In this document: in pieces, positions 1 through 9,467 of the stretch
Layout: each line of letters opens with the position of its first letter
How positions within the stretch are numbered: position 1 is the stretch's first letter
Virus record (IMG/VR): IMGVR_UViG_3300030397_000634
Location: 1-43,158 of that record
From: a virus
Lineage: Duplodnaviria; Caudoviricetes
Length of the DNA: 43,158 nt
Strand: one strand, 5' to 3'
The notes under the pieces: generated by a model
Told to the model about the DNA's origin: nothing
The model's database searches: none
Seen by the model: the letters and a program-made list of their open reading frames with translations, nothing else
Translations under genes and position numbers: made by a program

Positions 1-17
1 GTTTCCCAGTCACGATC
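1..17 (+). other. Random-amplification (SISPA primer A type) tag, library artefact
   Basis: Exact GTTTCCCAGTCACGATC; its reverse complement is at 43142..43158. Confidence 0.92.
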
Positions 18-23
18 GTAGGT

Positions 24-63
24 TGCTTACTGATTGCCAAGTCCCGGCTTGAATGTCGACCAA
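24..63. repeat. 40-bp direct terminal overlap (copy 1), circularisation point
   Basis: tgcttactgattgccaagtcccggcttgaatgtcgaccaa is identical to 43099..43138. Confidence 0.95.
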
Positions 64-462
64 GGATCGGACAGAGGATTCTATGGACGCTCCCGTATGT
101 GCAGTTACTGCCCCAGTTGCTTGGTTCAAATGTGCTCTTCCCCTTATCGTAGGGGGACTAACGGGTTCTGTTACGTACACATGATGGTTTTGGTCTACAT
201 GTTCTACCCTAGAATAATTAGGAGTGCTGGGGGTGTAAGTCCAAAGTGTGTCGGTGTCATCTATAGATACAATTCTTACATCCACATCTTGTGACGTTTG
301 CCATTTTTGGACGTACCTTAATCGGTTTGGCATTGAAAGAACAGAACCACCAAGCAAAAAAGAGTTGTTATAGGAGTTGGCTCGATGAGGCAAAAAGAAC
401 CCTTTTGCCTGTACATATACAGGGTCGCCATCACGCCTAATAAAGTTATACTTTAAAGCCAT
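24..462 (-). CDS. 5' part of a distal tail or receptor-binding-type protein that continues across the junction into 42269..43098 (joined 422 aa)
   Basis: The ORF ends ...LVDIQAGTWQSVS and the last ORF begins with the same peptide. Joined length is 1269 nt, in frame. It is the last gene of the tail module. Confidence 0.75.
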
Positions 463-466
463 TACG

Positions 467-1801
467 TTATGTAGTTATTTGCAAGGACAAAAATTCTGCA
501 TCCACCCATTTTAAGTCGCCATCATTATTGCTTAAAGCTTGCAATTCCTTTGTTTCATCATAATCTTCTAACCCTCTTGCTATTCCTTGCCAATTTTCTG
601 CTCTACCAGGGGTCCAATGATCAGACTCATTAGACCCAACGGATGTGTCATAGGTTAGGTATACTTCTACTGAACCACTGAATGAACACTCAGGCGTATT
701 TGTGACTGTTACTTGCGTCAAATCCGCTCCAGATGTTGCGTCCCTTGGCAATCTTCCCCTTACTACTTCTAGACTGCCCACATCAAAAGTTGGGTCAGAC
801 CTGTCAACAGCAGATACGGTATTGCCCTTAATTACCGACAAACCGGGATCAAGCGGCTCTACCAATATGTATTTTGCTTGTTGCGGAGAATAAACAGCCA
901 ACCACTTTTCTTTGTTTTTAGCTCCCATCGCCAAACTTAAAGTGTTATAGACCGCAACACCATCGGTACTTCCCCCCGTGCCTCCCGAAATCACAGCTTT
1001 GATGGGAATCCGATCAAAATTGCTACCGGCAAAAGGTAAGTTTGTTTTGTCTAATAACTCGGCAGTTATCAAACTTGTACCACTGACATCTTGCAGAATT
1101 TTAACGGCTATAGTCGGTGCGGGACGTTCCATGGCAACAATAGTTAGCCCTGGGTTACCTGTGCCGTTGTAGTCATCAGTAAATTTTTTGCCCCAAACAA
1201 TGTAACCCTTCTGGGCAGAACCATTTGCTCCCGTGTAATCAGTCTCGCCGACTAGTTTTGCTTCACTATCTATCACAGTAACATTTTGCTGCGGGGAAAC
1301 GTCAGTACCATCAGGATTTAATAACTTCGCGGTTGCTTCCGTTCCTGCTAAAGTTAGAGTTTGTGTTAAACGGCACCGAAATACTTTTGATGTTCCTCCT
1401 TCGCCAGCATGCCATGTCTCCCATAGTCCATCAACTTCACGTTGCACTACAAATACTCGATCATCAGCGGTATAGCCTAAACTGAAAGTGTTTTTAACTT
1501 CAATCTGCTGCAATGCTGTTTTAGGGTCGGGTCGAGGGTCAGTGCCGGTCACCAAGTCTATATTGTCGACAAAGAATGTAGAATCGGTATCAAGGACGTT
1601 TGCAAACACATCACATAACAAAATGGTAACATCGGTACCGACACTGTCTTCTACTAAAGAACGAATAACAGAGAAATTGTTATTCGTAAAGGACCCATGC
1701 CCAGAAAACATACGCAATGATTGTTGGCGTAATTGGTTCAGTTTATCTGCAGATAAAACTTCGCCCCTTTCAAATCGTTCTATTGATGGGTCCTGTGCCA
1801 T
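467..1801 (-). CDS. Tail tip or baseplate-associated structural protein
   Basis: 444 aa, beta-rich G/T/D composition, downstream of the tape measure gene, N-terminal 'G-x-x-LSADKLN' motif common in phage tail proteins. Confidence 0.6.
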   Translation of the reverse strand: MAQDPSIERFERGEVLSADKLNQLRQQSLRMFSGHGSFTNNNFSVIRSLVEDSVGTDVTILLCDVFANVLDTDSTFFVDNIDLVTGTDPRPDPKTALQQIEVKNTFSLGYTADDRVFVVQREVDGLWETWHAGEGGTSKVFRCRLTQTLTLAGTEATAKLLNPDGTDVSPQQNVTVIDSEAKLVGETDYTGANGSAQKGYIVWGKKFTDDYNGTGNPGLTIVAMERPAPTIAVKILQDVSGTSLITAELLDKTNLPFAGSNFDRIPIKAVISGGTGGSTDGVAVYNTLSLAMGAKNKEKWLAVYSPQQAKYILVEPLDPGLSVIKGNTVSAVDRSDPTFDVGSLEVVRGRLPRDATSGADLTQVTVTNTPECSFSGSVEVYLTYDTSVGSNESDHWTPGRAENWQGIARGLEDYDETKELQALSNNDGDLKWVDAEFLSLQITT

Positions 1802-2604
1802 TATACGACAAGTCCCCCGACAGCCCCCAATGGAACCGGCTTAAACTCAGCACCGCCTTCTATATAAATACTTTCCCAAGCTTGAGTTTCAGCCCGCCAA
1901 AACATGTTCCACCCTGTGGGCCTGATTCCAAATGAGGCAGGAACTGTCCATAGCCCAGTTCCATTAGAATCAATTGTGCGGCTGGGAGTTATGCCGTTGT
2001 ATAGCACTGTTTCAATGCCAAACGACAAACCCAACAATGATGAAGTGACAATGTTGTTATTACAATGAGACAACAAATTCAAATAATCAGTGGCAATTGA
2101 TGAAACACGATATCGTGTTTGGATATAATCAAACCCCAAGATCAATTTGCCTGGAGCTTCTTTCTTCTTCAAAGCCGGACCATCTGTAGCCCCCCACACT
2201 AAACCATCGGGGTCAACTGTGATAAATTCAGCATTTGGGGTCAATGACTCAGAAATTATCTCACTGCCGCCACCGCCACTATTAAATTCTTGCTGTTCAT
2301 AATTTATAGTTACAAATGCGTACTCATAATTGATACCTTGCCCATCTTTTGATGTTTGGGCTTTTGGGTCGGGAGTTGCCGTTCCCGTCCGAGCGAACGC
2401 CCCACTATTTGTCTTTCGGGGATACTCCAAATCATTGGTTAGAATGTCATCCATTACAGTCTGGCGGTCCTCGAACTTACAACGCAACGTTACTGTTGCT
2501 CCAAACCCGCCCACTCCCGACTGCTCCTTAGGCGACCCGGCTTCTTCAGACAAATAGTCAGTCACTATAGTTGGCAATGTTCCACTTGTATAATCAACAG
2601 GCAT
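1801..2604 (-). CDS. Distal tail or hub-like protein
   Basis: 267 aa directly after the tape measure gene, coupled by TAATG overlaps. Confidence 0.55.
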   Translation of the reverse strand: MPVDYTSGTLPTIVTDYLSEEAGSPKEQSGVGGFGATVTLRCKFEDRQTVMDDILTNDLEYPRKTNSGAFARTGTATPDPKAQTSKDGQGINYEYAFVTINYEQQEFNSGGGGSEIISESLTPNAEFITVDPDGLVWGATDGPALKKKEAPGKLILGFDYIQTRYRVSSIATDYLNLLSHCNNNIVTSSLLGLSFGIETVLYNGITPSRTIDSNGTGLWTVPASFGIRPTGWNMFWRAETQAWESIYIEGGAEFKPVPLGAVGGLVV

Positions 2605-4016
2605 TATGGCCCCAATACTGCTAAAAGTGGATTTGTCGCAAGGGCTTCGCCAACTTGACGGCCCACTGTGCCTATGGCATCAACCACGTTTTTCACAGCA
2701 TCGACCGTTTTTGCAGCATTTTCAGCTATTTTCTTCTGGGTATCCTCTTTACTGTCGGTTGATGCTGCTGATGTTTGTATACGATTGACTAAACCTTGCA
2801 CAGACTCTATAGAAGATTGGAATCCCTTATCGCCGCTGCCAGTTTGCAAGGCTTTTAGTCGCAAGGGTAACAAACTGCCTTCAAAAGCTAATTTAGTGCC
2901 CAGCCCCAGTAAAGAATCGGCAAACTGTTCTGGCAAATTAATTGCTGAATCCAACGCATTTTCAAGAGAATCCTTAACACGCTTTCTTAAGGCCGCTTCT
3001 TTGTGCAATTCTTCTGCATTATTCAGCATCCGCCGGGCTAATAATCCCCAGAAATTACGATCGTGAAAATCAGAAAATTGTTTATTCAAAAACCCAATTG
3101 TGTCGCCAAGTTTTCTAGAAAAGTTTAAAAAGGCCCCATCATCCCCCGCAAGTAATGCATTGCCCTTTTTGTCTTTCCTAACATTGCCAAAAAAATCAAG
3201 AATTGGGCGGTTAAGTGGTCCTTGCCCTTTATTTACATTAGGAATTTTTGGACCGAACAAATTATCCTTTGACTTTTCTAGGGCTGTACCATCACCAATG
3301 CCCAACAAATCAAGCATTTCATTGAATGTGTGGCCTAGTGCAAATAAAAATCCTGGTCCTTCGCCCCCATCTCCGCCCCCCTCGCTTTGTAGCTTTTCTA
3401 TTAAGTCTAAGGCGGCATTAAGTTTAGAAGTAAAATTGTCTAATAGCGGCTCAACAATTTCAAACCCTCTAGATAAAGCCGTAAACAAACGGTCGAAAGC
3501 GTTTTTTAAATCGTCTACAGACTCAGAATTATCGAACCATTTTTTAAATGCTATGCCGCCAGCGGTCAAAATGCCTGTGACCACCCCCGCTTTAAAAAAC
3601 GGGTGCTTCATTATCTTGCTAGCCCCATCTATTATTTTTTGAGTGGTACCGGTAAAACTACGCTCCCACCGCATATCTTCAAAATCCCAATCATCGACTA
3701 CACTTTGGAATTGTAAAAATGATTCTTCTGCTGCGTCGGATGTGCGTTGCAATTCTTGCCTAAACTTCAATTGGCGTTGCCTAGCCTCTGCATCAATACG
3801 ATCCCATTGTTCCTGTAATCCATCTCCAAATTCTTTCGTTTTAACTTTAGCTTCGTCCAATTTAGCAAAATAAGCATCTATTTGCTTATTTGCTTTATCA
3901 AACTGAATCCTCTTTAATGACTTATCAATCTCAGTGGATATATTATTCCACTTATCCGTCATCTCAGACAGACCTTGGTCATCGCCCACAAAATCAATTT
4001 TGACTTCGTCAGTCAT
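2604..4016 (-). CDS. Tape measure protein (short, 470 aa)
   Basis: Helical and amphipathic, N-terminal 'VKIDFVGDDQGL', follows the frameshifting chaperone pair. Confidence 0.75.
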   Translation of the reverse strand: MTDEVKIDFVGDDQGLSEMTDKWNNISTEIDKSLKRIQFDKANKQIDAYFAKLDEAKVKTKEFGDGLQEQWDRIDAEARQRQLKFRQELQRTSDAAEESFLQFQSVVDDWDFEDMRWERSFTGTTQKIIDGASKIMKHPFFKAGVVTGILTAGGIAFKKWFDNSESVDDLKNAFDRLFTALSRGFEIVEPLLDNFTSKLNAALDLIEKLQSEGGGDGGEGPGFLFALGHTFNEMLDLLGIGDGTALEKSKDNLFGPKIPNVNKGQGPLNRPILDFFGNVRKDKKGNALLAGDDGAFLNFSRKLGDTIGFLNKQFSDFHDRNFWGLLARRMLNNAEELHKEAALRKRVKDSLENALDSAINLPEQFADSLLGLGTKLAFEGSLLPLRLKALQTGSGDKGFQSSIESVQGLVNRIQTSAASTDSKEDTQKKIAENAAKTVDAVKNVVDAIGTVGRQVGEALATNPLLAVLGP

Positions 4017-4635
4017 TTAACATTCTTTGCATTTTTGGCTAAAAATTTTTGCAATTCTTCCATAGTGTCCAATTTAACAATCTGGTCACGATTCTCTGGG
4101 CACAACATCCTTTCGACCAACCACAATGGCGTACTTATAGCATCATCGGGACTCATTTTATATAGACGACATAACTCCACAACTACGTCGCCTAATGGGA
4201 GTTTTTTACCGTATCATTCTCTTCTTGTTGGACTGGTTGTGACATAGCTTCGCCATTCACGTACGTAAATTGGTCCATGAATTGAATAGCAGCTTCATGT
4301 CCCCCTTCTTCAACATAATCATAAGCCTGACTATCCGTCATGTCAGTGCAAACTGAGACCCATTTGGCCATTCCGTCTTTAGACTTCAAAAATTGTCGCC
4401 CATCAGTAGAATGAAAAGTGAACCTGCTTGCTTCCACTGCTGCTGCCCCAATCATACGCTGCTGCTGTTCGCTGTCTTCAAGTAAAGCTATAGCAGCAAT
4501 AGCAGGGTTCATAACTTGTTGGCGTATCCAACTATTAATTTCGGATACTCGAATTATGTTCAAAGGGAAAACTTTAAATTGTTTCTTCCCCCATGATATG
4601 GACCCCGGTGTTAATGGAGGGTCTTGAGCTATCAT
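4013..4635 (-). CDS. Tail assembly chaperone G (4192..4635) and -1 frameshift extension GT (to 4013)
   Basis: Slippery heptamer A AAA AAC at 4201..4207 precedes the stop. The -1 frame is open (LPLGDVVVELCRLYKMSPDDA...NVK*) and its TGA overlaps the tape measure ATG. Confidence 0.85.
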
Positions 4636-4648
4636 AATTTTCCCCTTA

Positions 4649-5176
4649 TTAAGTGGCCTTAGATTCCTGGACTAAAGCCTTTGTCATTACCCCAGCCATT
4701 TTTTGTCGTGCACTAAGATCGGGTTGGACAAAAATACGCCTACGAGGCAAATTGCTGGCACCACGATGGTGCCACGCGATTACTTTATACACTGGTGTTC
4801 CGTCAGGGTAAGTCGCCCCAGAATTGAAATTGACACGAATACCAAAAGGCAACTTAGAACTGCGAACCCCAACGGCAGCTTCACTAATAGGGTTTAATTC
4901 TTCCAATAGCCTATCAGTATCCCTTAATAGCAAATCAGAAAAATTGCCTCGCATGTGCCTAGCTGCCGTAGTAGATTCAGCATGCCTTCGCCAATTGCCT
5001 CCCCCCGCCGAGAACCGTATAAATCTTCGATGGGTAAAATCGGAGTATATAGACCCCCATTCATTGAAAGCATCTTGAACTAATCCAGATCGATTAGATA
5101 ACACTGACCTGAATCGGCGGAGACCCCGCAAAGTAATAGTAGCTTTGGCACTTACCCTTGGCACAATAACCCCCAA
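4649..5176 (-). CDS. Mu gpG-like virion morphogenesis / tail completion protein
   Basis: Motifs 'GGNWRRH..ST.AAR', 'LLRDTDRL' and 'WHHRG...LPRRRIF'. Confidence 0.7.
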   Translation of the reverse strand: MGVIVPRVSAKATITLRGLRRFRSVLSNRSGLVQDAFNEWGSIYSDFTHRRFIRFSAGGGNWRRHAESTTAARHMRGNFSDLLLRDTDRLLEELNPISEAAVGVRSSKLPFGIRVNFNSGATYPDGTPVYKVIAWHHRGASNLPRRRIFVQPDLSARQKMAGVMTKALVQESKAT

Positions 5177-5184
5177 TTACTGGT

Positions 5185-6012
5185 TTAAGTGCCGAATAAA
5201 TGCGTACCGTCTGGCCTTGTAATATGGCCTAATGCGTTAGCATCATTCACAACTGACCATTCCCCGTTAATTGTGTACCCTTGCAATTGATTAGCATTGC
5301 GATCTACTATGAAATTGTTTAACCCAGTAAACCGAATCCATTCCATTAGCCAGAAAGTGGTTGCGTCAACGTATAGACGCAACTGGTCAATAACGTTTGT
5401 ATCATATAGAGCGTTACGAAGAGAATTACTATTGACATCAATTGCTATTGATGCTTCAAGATCGCCAGTCCGGCGGTGGGTCAATAACCCCTCAACATAA
5501 GTCGTTTCTGGCACTGAGATGGTCAATGTCCATGACTTAAATCCATCAATGTCCGTCCAAGTTGGGCCACCATCAAAAACTTGAGGTTTTGCCGCAACTG
5601 ACGCCCCATCATGGACGTTTAACGCTGTAGATGGGTCAAGAACGACTGCAGCGGTCCCTTCTGTCAATTCACCTTGCACGCCGAAAGTAGCAGACCATGT
5701 TTGTTCCGTACCTTGCTCTTTAGGATTATTAATCTGCAAAGTCAAAATTCTGATGGTACCTGAATAACTTTTCTCGCTGCCGGTTGTTGCGTCACTGATG
5801 CCGACAAATGCGAAATCCTCTCCTGGGGTTATATTTGGATTGGTACCAACACCGGCCATTACCCCAGTTTCGTTAATGTTGCCCTTAGTGACTCCAGTGC
5901 CACCATTAGTACAAGAAGCTCGATACTTATTGCTAGAAGAAACACGATTATATCCCCATGATTGGATGCAATTAACACCATTAACTGCAGCATCTCGACC
6001 TGTCACAAACAT
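5185..6012 (-). CDS. Major tail tube protein
   Basis: Position before the chaperones; tube-like 'I/F-x-S-W...G' pattern occurs twice. Confidence 0.65.
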   Translation of the reverse strand: MFVTGRDAAVNGVNCIQSWGYNRVSSSNKYRASCTNGGTGVTKGNINETGVMAGVGTNPNITPGEDFAFVGISDATTGSEKSYSGTIRILTLQINNPKEQGTEQTWSATFGVQGELTEGTAAVVLDPSTALNVHDGASVAAKPQVFDGGPTWTDIDGFKSWTLTISVPETTYVEGLLTHRRTGDLEASIAIDVNSNSLRNALYDTNVIDQLRLYVDATTFWLMEWIRFTGLNNFIVDRNANQLQGYTINGEWSVVNDANALGHITRPDGTHLFGT

Positions 6013-6560
6013 TATGCATCCTCAGCAATAGCTGTATCATAGAACTTGATCATTTCGGCCTGACTAAACACCATTCTGATTGTTATTGTCCAAACCGCAA
6101 CCCAACCTGGAATACCCTTGCTCCTGTCTATTTCCAAATCCCCACTTTCACCAGCTTCATGGCGGACATCACGAACAAACGTTCTGTTAAACCACGTTAT
6201 ACTTCGCAAGTCTTGATTGAAGTTATTGCTGACTAACGCACAACAAATTGACCATTCGAGCGGAAAAAGCCATTCGCCCACTTTGCCAGTGCCAGCATTG
6301 ACCAACAACCGATAAGCTCGCGTAATTTCTGCCCCATCAGCACAAAAGTTAAAATTGCCGCCTACTGTGGAGGAAAACAAAGTGATTTCTGGTAAGTCTA
6401 TCTCCTTATGCTGAGACCTTATTTGGTCTTGGCCATGTCCTTCGTCTAAGCTTACAACATTAGACTTGCGACTACGCACATTTTGCAAGAGAGCGGGAGA
6501 GTCAATCAAAGATTTATGCAAAAAATCGTAGACAAGGGTAAAAGGATCAGTATTTGTCAT
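6012..6560 (-). CDS. Tail terminator or head-tail joining protein
   Basis: 182 aa between capsid and tube genes; 'DLPEI' motif and beta-rich C-terminus. Confidence 0.5.
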   Translation of the reverse strand: MTNTDPFTLVYDFLHKSLIDSPALLQNVRSRKSNVVSLDEGHGQDQIRSQHKEIDLPEITLFSSTVGGNFNFCADGAEITRAYRLLVNAGTGKVGEWLFPLEWSICCALVSNNFNQDLRSITWFNRTFVRDVRHEAGESGDLEIDRSKGIPGWVAVWTITIRMVFSQAEMIKFYDTAIAEDA

Positions 6561-6619
6561 TGGGGGGCAGTTCTACTGGCTCTTACCCTTGTCTACGATA
6601 AACTTCCGTATTCAACTTG

Positions 6620-7639
6620 TTAGTTGCTGGTATGGCCCCTAACAAGGACTTCTGGAATCGTACAAATCATCAATGGGTTTGATTGCGTATGAAGTTCGAC
6701 GCCTTTATCAAACTTCATGCGTTCTTGCATAGCATACATCGGCAACCCACGAGTGTTAACCGCATTTAGCATGTCACCAGGAGCGTAGCGAGTTAAGAAC
6801 AACTTGCGTACTCCTACAGGAATGAACCGACAATCGGCGGCTGGAACAAAATCAACATCGCCGACCTTGCCACGGTAATTTTCGAAAAAGCAACCAGCAA
6901 ATTCAAACCCGTTAGTTCCCTGTGGGACATGGCGTTGGGTGCTGCGGAGAAAGGCCCCATCATTCCAACGATCATATGCCGCCTTAACCACAGGGTGAGA
7001 AACCAATTTATCCCAAAAATCGTCCCCACAAAATGCGTGCAGCCCACGATAAGTAAGGGCACCTAATGCAGCCTCAATATGGCGACGGACATCCTCAATC
7101 TTTTCCTTAACGTCCGTCCCCGCCGTGCCGAGAAGAAAGTCTACGGCATGCTGCGTCAATCCAAATTCAGAGAACAAATCAACCAGTACGGTAGAACCGT
7201 CCCCATCGACAACATTGCCTTTAATGGCTCCAATGCGGTAAAATTCATGGGTCACTTCAAAATCTTGCCGCATACCGTCCAAAGACTCTGTAACTTCGCG
7301 TCCAATGGCCATCAATTGATTTTCACTGTTGAACTCGCGAATTCCTTGAATCGAATCGGCCAAAATAATGTCGTTATAAGGAATGTGAGGGACACCAAAC
7401 TGACGAACATTTCGTTTGTCCTTTTGATGTTGAGTGCCCTCGGCACCACGCGGTTTGGAAGGCAACAACGAAATACTGCGACCTTTACGCTCCAATTCGA
7501 ATGTGGTTGTACGTATGCCTTGTTCTTCGAACAGACCCAAAGCACCAATTCGGCCCGGTTGGTAAGGAGCACGATTAATGCTAGCCGTCAATTCAGACAT
7601 GCTGAATGCGTCGCTAGCAAATACATCAAGAATCGACAT
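6620..7639 (-). CDS. Major capsid protein (lambda gpE / Phage_cap_E family)
   Basis: 'DVFASDAFSMSELTASIN', 'THEFYRIGAIKG' and 'TQSNPLMICTIPEVL'; GAGGA RBS. Confidence 0.92.
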   Translation of the reverse strand: MSILDVFASDAFSMSELTASINRAPYQPGRIGALGLFEEQGIRTTTFELERKGRSISLLPSKPRGAEGTQHQKDKRNVRQFGVPHIPYNDIILADSIQGIREFNSENQLMAIGREVTESLDGMRQDFEVTHEFYRIGAIKGNVVDGDGSTVLVDLFSEFGLTQHAVDFLLGTAGTDVKEKIEDVRRHIEAALGALTYRGLHAFCGDDFWDKLVSHPVVKAAYDRWNDGAFLRSTQRHVPQGTNGFEFAGCFFENYRGKVGDVDFVPAADCRFIPVGVRKLFLTRYAPGDMLNAVNTRGLPMYAMQERMKFDKGVELHTQSNPLMICTIPEVLVRGHTSN

Positions 7640-7726
7640 GGCTAGTAATTCCTCGTTAGCAGATCGAAAGTTTACCCCTCAGTAACTTAACGACAATGGT
7701 GATAGTAATAGTAATAAATTATTGAG

Positions 7727-8137
7727 TTACGCACCCAAAGTTGTTGTTTTAGTAGGACCCTTCTTGCTCAAAATTGGGGGCGATAACGCAGCTAACGCAG
7801 TCAATGCGGTGGCTAGGTCCTGTCCATTTGCATCAAGACCGCCTTCATTCAATAACGCTGGGCCACGGACAATGACTGCCACCTTAATGGTTGCCCCATC
7901 CGCCAAATTATTGATTGGTGTCGCTAAAACTGCTTCTGCAGAAGCAGCAGTAGCTAGAGGAACAAGGTTGCCGGTGGAATCCTCCAAGATTAAACCTGGA
8001 TCAAAATTGGCTACCCCGCCCGTGTTGTTTTCGAACGTGGCTGTCTTCCGCGTATACTCATAATTACTCTCCCACGCCACGGCATCATGGAGGTAAGTGC
8101 GTTCTGCTTTTCCCATCTTATTAATTCCTGATTGCAA
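7727..8137 (-). CDS. Head decoration protein (gpD-like)
   Basis: Small Ala-rich ORF before the MCP, 'IVRGPALL' motif; the true start may be M8. Confidence 0.7.
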   Translation of the reverse strand: MQSGINKMGKAERTYLHDAVAWESNYEYTRKTATFENNTGGVANFDPGLILEDSTGNLVPLATAASAEAVLATPINNLADGATIKVAVIVRGPALLNEGGLDANGQDLATALTALAALSPPILSKKGPTKTTTLGA

Positions 8138-8187
8138 TAGGAGGATCAGTAAGTGTAATAACAGTAAAACTGGCGTTCTACTTATTT

Positions 8188-8799
8188 TTACCCAGTAAAC
8201 CGGGTTTTTCCAGCTTGTTCTTCCTGTTCGTTTCGGATTTGGGACAAAGGCGATTGATTCTGGGACAAATGGGCCTTATCACCATTATTACTTGGCGAAC
8301 GCCCACTAGAAGACCATTGCTTGTTGTTCCCGCCACCAGCCTTAATAGACGCAATAAAGTCATCAAAAGAATCGGCAGAATCATCACCATTCGCTTGGCG
8401 AGACAAAGTTGCTCGAACGCGACCCTCATCAAGGAATCTTTTTTCAACCTCATCACGTTGAGCGGGGGTAATAGCACCCTCACTAACCAATTGACTAAGC
8501 TGGGCCAGACGGCCTTCACGGGTGCCTTTAACCATAGAAGCCGGGATGGTTTCAGGGGTAAATGATGGGGCTGCATTGCTCATGCTGGCACTCGCCCCGC
8601 CATTATTGGGGAGGTTGGGGTTTGTTGGAGTTTCATTTCCGCTGGAAGGCGTATTGTTGGATGCTTCGGCCTTTTTGACTTTGCTTTCTGCTTCCTTCAA
8701 TTTTTTGATGCGGTCTTTAACTTTATTCTCTTTGGTCTCATCGGTGTCGGTGTCGCTGAATTGAATATCGAGAGATTCGGCCATTTGGGCAAGATTCAT
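8188..8799 (-). CDS. Nested in-frame scaffolding protein (internal start M201)
   Basis: SD-like GAAAGGTG about 8 nt before the ATG at 8799, at the protease/scaffold boundary. Confidence 0.6.
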   Translation of the reverse strand: MNLAQMAESLDIQFSDTDTDETKENKVKDRIKKLKEAESKVKKAEASNNTPSSGNETPTNPNLPNNGGASASMSNAAPSFTPETIPASMVKGTREGRLAQLSQLVSEGAITPAQRDEVEKRFLDEGRVRATLSRQANGDDSADSFDDFIASIKAGGGNNKQWSSSGRSPSNNGDKAHLSQNQSPLSQIRNEQEEQAGKTRFTG

Positions 8800-9399
8800 A
8801 ACTTCATCACCTTTCTTATTACGGGAAAACAAAACAGTGCTAACGGTCCCAATATCGGCAATTCGTTGTTGACTGTTAAATTGATCAGCGGACAACTCAC
8901 GCTGGCCGATAATTAAACCAACAACATCACCAAGTTTGTCCCCGTCATCCTCATGTGTCAATTTTAATGAAACACCAACACCATTTTGTTGCATTAACTC
9001 AAAATTGCGTTGAACATTTTCTAACGACTGGCCTGAAATTTGAAATGACTCTTTAGTGACTTGTTTAAAAAACGTAGCAGCAAAAACTATTTCTTTGCGA
9101 TAATAAATGCCGGACGAATCTTCGCGAATTAACAACCATGGCTTCAATCCAGGGACTACCGGGTCCCCTGTTAAAGCCAAATGTTCAAGGGTTGCCCCAA
9201 CATACTTGTTTGCTAGTCCGTCAATAAAATCATCTTCAATACCAACACTAACATCATGACGTACGGCCTGTTGTGCCGCAGCCTTGTCATTAAAACGAAT
9301 AACGGCCTCCAAAGTAGGGACCGTCACTGTTTCTGTGGGCCTTACGCCTCCCATACTAAGGCAAACAAGACCAGGGGATTTTAATAAATCAGTACGCAT
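8188..9399 (-). CDS. Prohead protease/scaffold (Mu gpI-like), protease domain apparently circularly permuted
   Basis: 'DVS' and 'HLALTGDPVVPGL' precede 'RKEI' and 'THEDD..LGDV'; charged scaffold-like C-terminal half. Confidence 0.75.
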   Translation of the reverse strand: MRTDLLKSPGLVCLSMGGVRPTETVTVPTLEAVIRFNDKAAAQQAVRHDVSVGIEDDFIDGLANKYVGATLEHLALTGDPVVPGLKPWLLIREDSSGIYYRKEIVFAATFFKQVTKESFQISGQSLENVQRNFELMQQNGVGVSLKLTHEDDGDKLGDVVGLIIGQRELSADQFNSQQRIADIGTVSTVLFSRNKKGDEVMNLAQMAESLDIQFSDTDTDETKENKVKDRIKKLKEAESKVKKAEASNNTPSSGNETPTNPNLPNNGGASASMSNAAPSFTPETIPASMVKGTREGRLAQLSQLVSEGAITPAQRDEVEKRFLDEGRVRATLSRQANGDDSADSFDDFIASIKAGGGNNKQWSSSGRSPSNNGDKAHLSQNQSPLSQIRNEQEEQAGKTRFTG

Positions 9400-9467
9400 C
9401 GAAACTCCAACAAGTCACTTTCTGTTTTATACCCATAAAGCAATAAAACTCCAATACGCCCGGAATT

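Noticed and set aside
1-17. Terminal inverted repeats suggesting a linear protein-primed genome or transposon ends
   Set aside because: They match a known amplification primer, and no PolB, terminal protein or transposase is present.
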